64,000 nt of DNA from Eledone cirrhosa (GCA_964016885.1 OZ024740.1:114576001-114640000), one strand, 5' to 3'; counted from the stretch's first letter, positions 37,511 to 50,180 are shown. Notes: generated by a model from the sequence alone, not told the origin. Made by a program: numbers and translations.

Positions 37511-40500
37511 TTTCTTTATTCACCACAAGGGTTTACATAAAGTAGACATTAAGGACAGTGCAGGACAATACAGGACAGTACATTTCTGCGTGTAAAGAAC
37601 AAAAACAGAGGATGTAAAAAAAAAAAATAACAATAAAAAATTCCCCCAAAAGGGGGGAGACTTCGGAGGGACATACTCAGAGTAGGCCCATTCACTCGGG
37701 CCATTCTTGCTTCTCTCACCCATCTTTCAACAAAATGCTGGGAAGAGAGCACTTCCCTCTCTACTCTGATTTTCCTTTTCAAATGAAATTTGAAAAAGTC
37801 AATCAGGGCATCACCGAAGAGGTAAGTGCTCGTCTTCAGTCCTTTCAAACGTGTCCACCATACTATCTCTTTCGCCATGGCCACCAGACAGATAAAAACT
37901 GCCTGCCCTTCCCGGCTAAAGGAGGAGGGCGGGGCAAACCTCACGATGGACTCAGATGATAGCCGGATCCGTCCTACACGCGACAGCAGGTCTTCGACAT
38001 AAACCCACAAGTCAGCAATGCTCGGACACTGGACGAGTGAGTGCAGGACGGTTTCGTCGCCCTGCGCGCATCTCGGACATGCCCGGCTGACGGCACCTCC
38101 ATGCCTGTAGAGTTTATCCCGAACTGGCAAGGCTCCTCGGTAGCAGTGCAAGGCCAGAGATTTCTGGAAGTTGTCCATAGGCCCCGGCCCGAAAGTACTT
38201 CCGAAGAGATTGGCTAGTTGATTTTCGTCGACGCCTAGAGTTTCCCCAAGTACGTCGTCGCTTTTCCCCTCGACTAATCCTCTATAGAACGCCGAGGTGG
38301 AGTTTTCACCGATCACATTGCCCGATTGGTCGAGGGCTGTGAGCGCCTGAAGACATTCCAGTCTCCAGGGGCTCCCTCTCGATCTTCGCTTGACCCAGGA
38401 CTGCAGCTCCGTCAAGGAAACGAGCTGGGGAAATACGTGTCTAGCAAACGGCGACCACACCTGATCACCGTCGAGGAAGAGGTGGAGATGTCGTAGCCTG
38501 AGCGCGTGCCTGCGCATCATCAGCCACGGCATGCCCAGCCCTCCACGTAGCGGGTGTTGACAGCAGATGGAGCGCCTGACCATCGGAACGCGTCCCTTCC
38601 ACAAAAAGGGAAAGAGCAAACGCTCCAGCGCAGTCACGCGGGGCTTAGGACAAGGTACGACGGTCAGGCGGTAGCAGATGACAGACGCGATGTACGCGTT
38701 AGTCAAATCCGCTCGACCTTTCAGGGATAGCTTTCTCTCGGCCCATTTCTGGGTGAGAGAAGTCACCTCGTCCCAGTTTTTGTCCGTCTGGAGGTCCGGA
38801 CCGAACCAGACCCCTAGCAATTTAAACGGTCCGTCCGTCCAGCGTCCGTCGAGGCTGTTGGACGGCATGGTCCTGCCTCTCCAGGTGCCGAGCTGCAGGC
38901 CCACTGACTTTTCCTGGTTGAACATTGCTCCTGTCACCGCTTCGTATTCTCTTAGATCGCCTCGATGTGTTTGGCGTTCGACACCACTACGGTGACATCG
39001 TCCGCATATGTTGACACGGATCTTCCGCATCCTAGTTCGCGCGGGACGCCCCTCAACGTCTCCAGTTTGTGCAGTAATGGCTCGAGAGTCAATACGTACA
39101 AGAGGGACGAGAGTGGACATCCTTGGCGGACCGAGCGCATGATGTTGAACGGTTCCGAAAGGTGACCGTTCACTCTCACCACAGAGCAGATGTCGCTGTG
39201 CATGGCAGCGATCCAGCCTCTGAAGAAGGGCCCTAAGCCAGCCGCCTTCAGGACTGCCGCTAGATAACGATGGTCGACCCTATCGAAAGCTTTCGACTGA
39301 TCTAAATTGATCAAGGACCCACCCGTGCCAGGTTCCCTAGCTACCCTCTCTAGGATGTATCGCATGAGGCGGAGGTTGTCGTGGATGGATCTGTCGGCAA
39401 TGGCGCATGTCTTCGCCTCTCCCACCAGACCATATGGCGAGAACCAAACCTCTCCGAAAAAGCACAGCAACTCCTCCCGCCGATCCCGGACGGCTGGGAG
39501 ATGCGTACACATCGTAGCCGCCGAAGATCGGTGCGAAGGCCCTAGCTTCGGAGATTCTGGTCTCGCTGATGGCCACTACATCTATGTTTAGTGACCTGAG
39601 GTCGTTGAGCAGGTGACCCTGCTTCCATGACGACCCCAAGCCACGCGCATTTATGCTGCCTATTCTAAGTGAGGTCATGTTTAAAATAGAGTGGAAAAGA
39701 TGGGAAAGACCACTTACCGTACTTTTCGTAGAGGAGGGATGGTTTTTCCATCCCTTTTCACTTGATCGTCTGGTGAAGGGACCGTTGAATCGTCCCTTCG
39801 GCTGGTCGTCGGCTCTTCTATGAGTATGTCCGAATATACTCTTCGGTTGAGTGTCCCTCCTAGGTCTCTGAAATCACCAACTGCGTTGGGGAATTTCGTT
39901 TTAATGTTTGTGTATTGTTTCTGTGCTATTTTTAGCAGTCTTATGTTAGTTGGCGTTTTGATTGGTGCTGGTATTATGTAGTCATGTTGTGAAATGTCTG
40001 TGTGTTCAATTATGTAAGTCATTAGTTTCTTGTTGCGTGTATTTATTGCCGTGCATTTGTTTTTATGGGGGTGGTGTGTGGTTCTGCTATTTTCTTGTCG
40101 TTGTTGCTGGGTTTGTGTGTTTTGTTGTTGTGTTTGCGATGTTGGTGCTTGTGGTGGTGGTGTTGAAGGTGTTGTTGGCGACGGGGTTGTGGCCGGTGGT
40201 GATGGTGGTGCTAGTGTGGGTGGTGATGGTGTTGTTGGTGTTGCTGCTGTGAGTTTCTTTGCAGTAGCCTTTACCCTTTTTTCATTTCTTTCCTCCCTTT
40301 TCAAAGGCGACGATGCGCTGCTTCTGCGTTTCAGCCTTCTTACGACCTTTTGCCATCCCTCTCCCACCTCACACTCCATGTCTGATTCTGTGAGGTCGGG
40401 GAGGGGTTCCAGCTCCCCTCTTTCACTTTTTGTTGTTGGTGATGTTTGCATTGGAGTCTCTGTTGCAGCTGCATTTGGTATTGCTGTTGTTGTTAATATT

Positions 40501-42027
40501 TCCTCTGCTGCTGCTGTTTTTGATTTCCGTGGCGTGGGTATGGGTGCCACGGACCTATCGTTCCTGGTTGCCGTTTGTCCTGTTGCTGGTAGCCGTCGAG
40601 CCGGTTTCGGAAGGAGGGGGCGGGTCTCCTTTCTCAGGGTCTTCTCGTTGCAGAAGGCCCTGAGGTGAGTCTTCGATCCACAGCGAAAGCATTTCGGGCG
40701 TTTGCCCTCAACACTTATGGGCAGTTGAGTGCCGTTATCGAAGTCTATCACATCCGGGATAGCTTCGATGCACTCCTGGTTGGTTTGGATTAACATCTCA
40801 ATGGAGGTGCCGAACCAATCTTCTCTTACTTTTTTCTGTACTTGCAGTACAGTTGTTTCGTCCTTGATTCCGACGAGGACAGACGCGGCCAGCCAAGAAG
40901 GGGCCATCCCGGGGGGTGGGGTGTACGTGGGTCAGTTTTACCCTCACAATTTTTTGCCCGCAGTAGGAGGGCACCAACACCATTTCCTCGCTCCTTAAGG
41001 TCACTAAGGATTGAGCCTTTGCCTCCTGGGGTGTGGCAAAAAGTACGTCTACGGTGGCATATTTCTTGCCTCGGGTGATGTCCGTTTTCCGCTGCCACAC
41101 AGACCCCAAGGCTTTTTGTATTTGAGCCTCTGGGGCTCTTTCAACCCTACGGGATTTTGTACTTACTGTACGGTACGTGACCGTACAGTGCTGTTGGGTT
41201 TCGAAAAATTTTTCCGCTGCTTTGCAGATTGCTCGGTGTCCAATTTTTGTCGCTTCCTCTAATTCCTCATTTGTTATGAGGATGTTTTCCAAGTTCTTCG
41301 CAATACCTGCAAGTGAGATTGGTTTTTCTTTGCTGCTGTTGTTGTTGTTAATGTTGTTGTCGTCAGAGCTGCTGTTACTTTTGTTGTTGCTGCAGGTACT
41401 ACGACTACTGCCGCCGCCACTGTTGCTGTGGTTGTTGTTGTTGTTGCTGCTGCTGTTGTTTTTGTTGCTGCTAATGCTGTTGTTGTTTATGCTGCTGCTG
41501 TTGTTTTCCTTGTCACTGTTGCTGCTGTTATTACGGCTGCTACTGCTATTATTCCTGACGTCAGACGAATGAAATGGGTTTTCGTATTTCCCGCACACCT
41601 GTTTCGTCGTTGTCGTCGTCGTCGTGGAGAAATCTTGCACGCTTTGCGAGATTTTTCTTTTCTGTCGTCGCTTGCTAAAGAGAAGGGAGGGAGAGAGACA
41701 CATTTAAAGAAGGGAGGGAGAGAGACAATCTTCTCTCTGCTGTAGTGACGATTGAGGAAGAAGAAGACGGAATGAGTGGGTGTGACCTATGAAACTTCTT
41801 TTTCGTAGCCATGTTGTTTTTTTGTTTAAAATAAATATTGGGCACAAAACCGCAATAAGCAGTTATTTAACCCCGAAGGGCCAAATAACGGACAGAAAGA
41901 CCCCTCTCACGAGGAGGAGCGTGTTTTTGTCTACAAGTTGGTTAAAGCTTTAAACAATTTACAATTGTTATAGCGGTCAAAATTTACAATACCTTACAGA
42001 GCCGAGCCTCCGTCAACCCTAGCATTC
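37509..42027 (-). mobile_element. Tx1/L1-clade element (copy C): full span with a large EN-to-RT internal deletion, flanked by (ATT)n
   Basis: ORF1 ~41812-39714 (CFRCGSKTHLRAFC); ORF2 start at 39678 jumps near 39435 into RT (AFDRVDH, RQGCPLS, YADD) and the zinc finger. Confidence 0.92.
39714..40907 (-). CDS. Tx1-like ORF1 C-terminal part (CCHC zinc knuckle)
   Basis: 397-aa frame; the N-terminal part lies in 40798-41703, shifted at a C/G run near 40915. Confidence 0.8.
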   Translation of the reverse strand: MAPSWLAASVLVGIKDETTVLQVQKKVREDWFGTSIEMLIQTNQECIEAIPDVIDFDNGTQLPISVEGKRPKCFRCGSKTHLRAFCNEKTLRKETRPLLPKPARRLPATGQTATRNDRSVAPIPTPRKSKTAAAEEILTTTAIPNAAATETPMQTSPTTKSERGELEPLPDLTESDMECEVGEGWQKVVRRLKRRSSASSPLKREERNEKRVKATAKKLTAATPTTPSPPTLAPPSPPATTPSPTTPSTPPPQAPTSQTQQQNTQTQQQRQENSRTTHHPHKNKCTAINTRNKKLMTYIIEHTDISQHDYIIPAPIKTPTNIRLLKIAQKQYTNIKTKFPNAVGDFRDLGGTLNRRVYSDILIEEPTTSRRDDSTVPSPDDQVKRDGKTIPPLRKVR

Positions 42028-42108
<81 letters not shown>

Positions 42109-42597
42109 AAGAAGAAGAAGAAGAAGAAGAAGAAGAAGAAGAAGAAGAAGAAGAAAAGGAAGGAGGTTGAAAAAGAAGAAAAAGAAGAAGAAGAAGAAGA
42201 AGAAGAAGAAGAAGAAGAAGAAGAAGAAGACGAAGAAGAAGAAGAAGAAGAAGAAGAAGAAGAAGAAGAAGAAGAAGAAGAAGAAGAAGAAGAAGAAAAG
42301 GAGGGAGGTTGAAAAAGAAGAAAAAGAAGAAGACGAAGAAGAAGAAGAAGAAGAAGAAGAAGAAGAAGAAGAAGAAGAAGAAGAAGATAACAACAACAGC
42401 AACAGCAACAATGATAGAATAACCACATCATTATGATGACTGGCATCACAACCACAAGGAACATTATCAGTCTTCCATATAAACCCTGCTATACATACAT
42501 TATAAGGACGAACATAAGGTCTGTTTATTTTAGCTTGCTTCAATAGTTTTCAATTAGACCTTCACAAGGAAACTATACAAACACTAACACACCTCGA

Positions 42598-42670
<73 letters not shown>

Positions 42671-42675
42671 GCTGT

Positions 42676-42706
<31 letters not shown>

Positions 42707-42800
42707 GCTGCCGTTACTACTACTACTACTACTACTAGTACTACTACTACTACTACTAATACTAATACTACTACTAGTACTACTATTACTACCACTGCAC
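42028..42800. repeat. Compound microsatellites (AAT)n, (GAA)n, (TAC)n
   Basis: Direct. Confidence 0.95.
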
Positions 42801-43090
42801 TTGCTTTTGTTTAATTATACAATTAATAATGTCTTTTAATAAAGGAAAACACTAATATTATTATTAGTGTTATTATTACTATTGATATTATGTATATTCA
42901 AATACACACAAACCATTTAATACATTATATGATAAGCAGAAATTTAAATCAGACAGTTTTGTTTACTCAAGCTGCTACAAATATTTCTTATTATATACTT
43001 ATTATTATATACAACCTAAAAACCATTAATCTGGATACCTAAATATGGAATGTTATGCGATGGATCCCCCCCCCCCCCCCACACACACAC

Positions 43091-43250
43091 AGCCCCGGCG
43101 GAAAGGATGGAGAAGGCGTTCCGCGGAAGACGGCAAGGGAGACGCGCTGGAAAATCGACTCCAGCTCGCGAGGTTCACATCTGCGGCTGGTCAGCTCAAT
43201 GGTGGTGCGTAGGGAGGTAGCCAGACTCCGTTCACATTTCCCTGGTCTAT
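43091..43250 (-). mobile_element. Short 3' fragment of a CRE-like RLE retrotransposon
   Basis: Minus-strand translation EPRELESIFQRVSLAVFRG, then after one frameshift NAFSILSAG; matches the FQRLSxAxxRGNA C-terminal motif. Confidence 0.6.
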
Positions 43251-43786
43251 AAAAAAAAACTATGAGTCAAACGATTCAGTACTGGCAACAATTTTATAGC
43301 TTTGTTCTTGCTTTATCTTTCGTGTACTACACATTTTCTCGGACGTCATATCACATTCACACCCTGATTAATTCGAATTACCGGTCACAGTTCGTTTTTT
43401 TTTCTTTCTCTTTTGTCACAATGTTTTTTCAGTATATTTGATAACATTTTAATATATGAAATAGAACTAATATGATATATATATTATGAACACTTCTTTC
43501 ACAATTATCAACTGTATAAATAACAAATTTTATAGTTATACATTGTGCACAGAATACACATACACATATGTATAAATATATTTCACCACATATATAGTTA
43601 GTCTTGGGAGACAAAGAACATCCACGTAATTAAATTCGCCCTAAAGATTTCGTGTTCATATTCTCAGTACAATGCTCTCTCAAAATCGAATACTTGCCAA
43701 TAATCATTTACGCAAATCATCGAGTTTTGATCGAGGCATTCAAGATATATTAATGCAATGACTTTTGGGTAACAAAAAAGTTGAAA

Positions 43787-43827
<41 letters not shown>

Positions 43828-43874
43828 GATATTAAATAAATGGAAACTATATTTATAAAACCATATTTATTTCA

Positions 43875-43930
43875 TTAGATATATTTCAGGGATATCATAT
43901 TAAAAATATGGTACGCCTTCATCAGACAAA
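43875..43930 (-). ncRNA. Hammerhead-like motif (probably degenerate) in a PLE terminal-repeat remnant
   Basis: CTGATGA-agg..catatt/aatatg..cct-GAAA-tatATC; stem I poorly paired. Confidence 0.4.
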
Positions 43931-44121
43931 ATACAATATAAACAGTCTTATAAATAGATAGATTTGACATACCTTACAAACTTCAACTTCCATTTAAAAA
44001 GTTGATTTGGTAGTGAAAAATGTTAGGGACAGTTATAAAAAGAAAGAAAGAAAGAAAGCGAAGAAAAATATATCAGTTATAAATATTTACTCTTTGTAAC
44101 CCAACAATTTAAATAAAACTT

Positions 44122-44177
<56 letters not shown>

Positions 44178-44181
<4 letters not shown>

Positions 44182-44482
44182 TATGTATGTATGTATACGT
44201 ACATACATATATGTATACAGACGTAGAGTAGTATGTACACATATATATATGCACACATATATATATGCACGTATCGGTTTACCGAACATTTATTATAATG
44301 CTAGGTTTGTTTCTTTGTAAACAAACAAACACCCAGAATTACGCCGTACAGTGTTTAGGCAACCACGTCACCTTTTTTTTCAACACTGACACAGGAACGA
44401 TGTACTAGTTTCAAGCTTATTAGCTATCGTCAGCATCGTATATCTTCCTGCCAGATGGTTGAACGTCTGAAAGTATATACTT
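44178..44482 (-). mobile_element. Dispersed copy of the hammerhead-bearing ~422-bp repeat family, with intact ribozyme
   Basis: Minus strand cgatg-CTGACGA-tagctaataagctt-GAAA-cta-GTA-catcg; homologous to the 59.6-61.9 kb units. Confidence 0.85.
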
Positions 44483-44500
44483 TCCCACTATGCTAAACCC

Positions 44501-45412
44501 ATGGCCTCCAAATACCTGATACTCAAAAACTCAGCAATGTCCAGTAGTGCTAAGTTTAATATTCTGATCGCAGATTTGGTACGAGTGATGAAGAATGTGT
44601 CCAGCATGTGCGACCCAACAGAAATGGAAGGACACATCCAACACTTCATCAACCGCATGCAGTTCTCTGGCTACAACCAAAGAGACAGAGTCAGAGTATA
44701 CGAAGGAGCCATGGAAAAGTATAAGACCCTCATAGAACTGGACATGAAAGGAATTTGCCCACTATACAGGAGCAAATCATGGAATAGCTTAGATAGGGCT
44801 AGACATAAGATAGGGAAGGCCACATCATGGTACGACAACCAGAGATATCAGAGTGTCATGTTTGTGGACGCCACCCCCGGAGGGAAATTAGCTTACCAGT
44901 GTAGAAAGGCCCTGAGAAAGACCCACTTAAAAATAAAGGTGGTAGAAAAGCCAGGAACCACCATAAAATCCCTGATCAGCAAAACCTACCCTTTTAAGAA
45001 AACCCACTGTACCAATAGGAAATGTATCATATGTAAGGTGAACCCCCGGATAAACTGTAAAACTAGAAACGTAGTCTATAGCATAAGATGTACAGAGGGT
45101 ACTTGCAGAAACATGACAACAATATACATAGGTGAGACAGCTCGTAGCATAGGTGAAAGGATAGACCAACACTGGGGGGAACTAAAAGGACGAAAAAACG
45201 GGTCAGTACTATACGAACATGCTAGACAACAACATGACGGTAACATAGACAACATAGAAATTAGAATAATATCTAAACATAGGAATGACCCAGTAGATAG
45301 GCAAATCAGAGAGGCCAGTGAAATAGAAATTAGAAGACCAAAGCTAAACAGAAAGAATGAGTGGAACAACAACAACACCCAAACAAACAACACTGACCTA
45401 AGAGAAGTATAA
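44501..45412 (+). CDS. PLE RT thumb and GIY-YIG endonuclease (5'-truncated upstream copy)
   Basis: VVYSIRC..C..IYIGETARSIGER..H..H..R.IREA..PKLN. Confidence 0.85.
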   Translation: MASKYLILKNSAMSSSAKFNILIADLVRVMKNVSSMCDPTEMEGHIQHFINRMQFSGYNQRDRVRVYEGAMEKYKTLIELDMKGICPLYRSKSWNSLDRARHKIGKATSWYDNQRYQSVMFVDATPGGKLAYQCRKALRKTHLKIKVVEKPGTTIKSLISKTYPFKKTHCTNRKCIICKVNPRINCKTRNVVYSIRCTEGTCRNMTTIYIGETARSIGERIDQHWGELKGRKNGSVLYEHARQQHDGNIDNIEIRIISKHRNDPVDRQIREASEIEIRRPKLNRKNEWNNNNTQTNNTDLREV

Positions 45413-45699
45413 ATAAGTAAATAAAATTAAATAAAATAAGATAAATAAATACATACACAAGCACAATAACAACAAGCACATAAACACACACTAGTCACCC
45501 AGCAGACACAACACTATACACACTAGTCACACATCACACATAACACTATACACACACGCAAACGCATGCGCAAAGAAGACAAAATAAAATAAGATAAACA
45601 AACAAGCAAATAAATAAATAAATATATAGACAGACTGAACAAAAAAAAAAAAAAAAAAAAAAATGGCGTAGACATACAACACAACAGGAGGAACAATGA

Positions 45700-45750
45700 A
45701 TATAACACCACTGACGATGTTGCAGATGTGCAACGAAAGATTTATGTAAA
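45700..45750 (+). ncRNA. Hammerhead-like motif in PLE pLTR (second copy at ~49852-49902)
   Basis: CTGACGA(45711)-tGTTGCA gatg TGCAAC-GAAA-gat-TTA; strong stem II, weak stems I and III. Confidence 0.55.
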
Positions 45751-45934
45751 TTATGTAAACTATATATATGTGTTTGTGTCTATATTGTATCTGTATTATT
45801 TTTGACCGCCGGTCAGTCAATGGCAACATTGAGGACCGAATAAGTTAAATCGCAGATATAAAAGACAGCGAGAAGAGAAAACCAACCAAACAGTGAGTGT
45901 GTTCTGTTATTAATTCTGGCAATATTACGCAAAT

Positions 45935-48900
45935 ATGACCCTCCCCAAATATAACAATATCTGTTTCGACACACGATTTCATATAAAAAACCTCGCAAAA
46001 CTAATTCATCGCCGCTATGGCATTAGCTTGTGCCAAGCTGAAAGGTTATTGAAAGACACTGTTTTCTGTTATATAAAAACTACAATAACAACAGAACAAA
46101 TCCGCTTCTTAAAACACTGTGTTTCCTGCAAAACATACACAACAAACATATCAAAACAAGTAAATAATTTATTATTGAACAAAACACAAGCTGAACGGCT
46201 AAAACACACAATAACAGTTAATATGAAAAGAACAACATACACAAAAGTCAACGCACTCTACAGACAAAAACGCATCAACGGTAAGGAAATCCGAAATCTC
46301 ATCACAGCAAACGAGAGAGATGACTTCATGAGCGTCATCCGACGCGAAACGAAATATGCTCAAAACGAATGCTGTAGGCATTTCAAGAAGAAATTAGAAT
46401 GGATGAATAAGAAAGAAAAAACTACAAGAAAGGAAAATCGAATATTCTCAAAAATACCCAGATAACATCGACAACATCCGTATGAGTGATGTAAAACTAC
46501 CGGAAGAATTTACCAATGACCACACAGTAAATATCTATGGGAACACTTTAATCAGTGAACAAGAACAACAAATCCTAAGGTTACCACCAAAATTTGCCAT
46601 CTACAAAAAGATTAACCCTATGGAATGCAAAACGGAGCTGGAAAAGTGTTTCACAAAAATACGTTGGAATGCAAAGGTAAACAACAACAACAATAATAAC
46701 GGTAGTAGTAATATAAACAATAACTCTGGGTATAGAAATAACAGCCATAACCATAACAATGGCAGGAAAGTGAGAAATAGTGATAATGGCAATAATACTA
46801 GCGATAGACGGAACAACAACAACCACAATAATAATAATAATAGAAACGTTAACCACAGACACAGCAACAGTGACCACAGTAGTAATAACGGTAACAATAC
46901 GAACAACAACAACAATAACCACAGTGGTAATAATGGAAATAGTACATGTAGCATCATCAATAAAAACAAGAAACATAATAATAGTAACAACCACAATGGT
47001 AGAAATAGCAGTAACAACAACAACAATAACGGTGAAGTAAACAACAATACATCTAGCAATCATAACAATAATAATATTAATGCTAATGATGGAAACAACA
47101 ACAACCACCATGATAACAATAATAGCAACACACACAACTATAACGATAGAAATAACGACAACCCCTTAGAGAAACTATTTTTCAACCCAGCCGACAAAAC
47201 ATATAAGATGGGTAATATCTATCCTACGAGGTTACCCTTTAATAAAAGAGTTTGCATACCACAGCAAATAGATGACGAGACGGAGGCACAGTTCACCATA
47301 GCTAGAAATAAGATTAGACAAGTAGTAGACAGGTACACTATGAGACAGAGCAGACCAGAGGCCCAACAACTTGGAATAAAACCTGTAGAAGGCTTGGTTA
47401 GCCTCAAGCAGCGCACAAGGGATGGTGAGGTAGTGTGTCTACCCACAGATAAGTCTGGTAGGATGTCAATAGATAGCATGCCGAACTACATCGAGGCAAT
47501 GCAACCCCACATCACCAACACGAGCGAAGTTGCACAACTAACACACGATGGGAGAGAAAAAATCCTCAACGCTCACATGATGATGTGGACTGACATCCTA
47601 AAGCCAAGCAGACGCACTGCCAACAACTTCCAGGCGTCTAACAATGGCATACCACCCTTGTATGGGCTCCGCAAAGACCACAAGACAGTCGACGACCCGA
47701 CAACAGGACCACCAACAAGACCCGTATGCGGAGCTAATATAGCTAGCAACTACAGGATCTCATACTTCCTCTCGATGGTTATACGCCCCATAATGAAGGT
47801 GTCCCCAGATGTATGTGAAAGTACAGAGGACCTCCTCAGCAGAATCAGTGAGTGCAACAAAAACAGGAGCCTATCCAACTGCATAATAGGCAGCATGGAT
47901 GTGGTGTCACTGTACCCATCCATTAACATTGATTTTGCTGTGAAAAGATGTGTGGAGATGATCATTGAGAGTGAGGTGGAGTTCTGCGACGTCGACACAG
48001 ACGAACTGGGCCTCCTACTTAGACTTACCTACGACACTGACTACCTAGGCAGCCATGACCTTAGATGTTTCTGCCCTAGTAGACCTATAAGAGGTAGACC
48101 CCCACCATAACCTCAATGGCTAAAAAGACTCCCATAGGAAGGTGGATTGGGTGGACCAAAGCTATACGGACCCCCCAAAACACTGATCAGGTAAGAAAAA
48201 TGGTCGCACATGCAATAGGGGCTAGTATCAAAACTACCCTAAAGGGCCACATATTTAAGTTCAATGAGAAAATCTACACCCAAAATGAGGGAGCAGCCAT
48301 CGGCGTCAGCATAGCTGGTGATGTTGCCAACCTTTTCATGGTATGGTGGGAAAGGAGACTTAAAGATCTCCTTAATGAAAGCTCCATAGACCTCATCATG
48401 TACTCCCGTTATGTAGACGACATCAATATAGTTATAAGAACACCCCCACTAGAGAGCACCAACAAGTTTGATTTAGAACGTAGCACGATGGAAAGCATCC
48501 AGCAGATAGCTAATTCCATACACCAGAGTATAACTGTAACTATAGACTTCCCTTCCAAACACCCTAACAATAGACTACCTGTATTAGACACAGAACTCTG
48601 GATTAACACTATAGACGAGAGAGCCCAAATTCTCCACTCACACTATGCTAAACCCATGGCCTCCAAATACCTGATACTCAAAAACTCAGCAATGTCCAGT
48701 AGTGCTAAGTTTAATATTCTGATCGCAGATTTGGTACGAGTGATGAAGAATGTGTCCAGCATGTGCGACCCAACAGAAATGGAAGGACACATCCAACACT
48801 TCATCAACCGCATGCAGTTCTCTGGCTACAACCCAAGAGACAGAGTCAGAGTATACGAAGGAGCCATGGAAAAGTATAAGACCCTCATAGAACTGGACAT

Positions 48901-49561
48901 GAAAGGAATTTGCCCACTATACAGGAGCAAATCATGGAATAGCTTAGATAGGGCTAGACATAAGATAGGGAAAGCCACATCATGGTACGACAACCAGAGA
49001 TATCAGAGTGTCATGTTTGTGGACGCCACCCCTGGAGGGAAATTAGCTAACCAGTGTAGAAAGGCCCTGAGAAAGACCCACTTAAAAATAAAGGTGGTAG
49101 AAAAGCCAGGAACCACCATAAAATCCCTGATCAGCAAAACCTACCCTTTTAAGAAAACCCACTGTACCAATAGGAAATGTATCATATGTAAGGTGAACCC
49201 CCGGATAAACTGTAAAACTAGAAACGTAGTCTATAGCATAAGATGTACAGAGGGTACTTGCAGAAACATGACAACAACATACATAGGTGAGACAGCTCGT
49301 AGCATAGGTGAAAGGATAGACCAACACTGGGGGGAACTAAAAGGACGAAAAAACGGGTCAGTACTATACGAACATGCTAGACAACAACATGACGGTAACA
49401 TAGACAACATAGAAATTAGAATAATATCTAAACATAGGAATGACCCAGCAGATAGGCAAATCAGAGAAGCCAGTGAAATAGAAATTAGAAGACCAAAGCT
49501 AAACAGAAAGAATGAGTGGAACAACAACAACACCCAAACAAACAACACTGACCTAAGATAA
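45935..49561 (+). pseudogene. PLE RT-GIY-YIG polyprotein (~1200 aa) broken by two single-base frameshifts
   Basis: PTDKSG, PPLYGLRKDHK, RPVC, SMDVVSLYPSI, GAAIGVS, YSRYVDD, LPVLD, GIY-YIG; shifts at C runs near 46458 and 48100. Confidence 0.88.
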
Positions 49562-50104
49562 GTATAAATAAGTAAATAAAATTAAATAAAATAAGATAAA
49601 TAAATACATACACAAGCACAATAACAACAAGCACATAAACACACACTAGTCACCCAGCAGACACAACACTATACACACTAGTCACACATCACACATAACA
49701 CTATACACACACGCAAACGCATGCGCAAAGAAGACAAAATAAAATAAGATAAACAAACAAGCAAATAAATAAATAAATATATAGACAGACTGAACAAAAA
49801 AAAAAAAAAAAAAAATGGCGTAGACATACAACAAAACAGGAGGAACAATGAATATAACACCACTGACGATGTTGCAGATGTGCAACGAAAGATTTATGTA
49901 AATTATGTAAACTATATATATGTGTTTGTGTCTATATTGTATCTGTAATAATTTTTGACCGCCGGTCAGTCAATGGCAACATTGAGGACCGAATAAGTTA
50001 AATCGCAGATATAAAAGACAGCGAGAAGCGAAAACCAACCAAACAGTGAGTGTGTTCTGTTATTAATTCTGGCAATATTACGCAAATATGACCCTCCCCA
50101 AATA

Positions 50105-50180
<76 letters not shown>

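Larger units (their letters stand above)
44486..50108 (+). mobile_element. Penelope-like element in partial-tandem arrangement: 3' ORF fragment + pseudo-LTR (pLTR), full ORF, pLTR
   Basis: 44486-45955 repeats 48641-50108; RT and GIY-YIG; hammerhead-like motif in each pLTR; ends in (TA)n. Confidence 0.93.

Noticed and set aside
48116-49561. Selenoprotein-type PLE with in-frame UGA
   Set aside because: No in-frame TGA; the Cys positions are ordinary codons and the breaks are frameshifts
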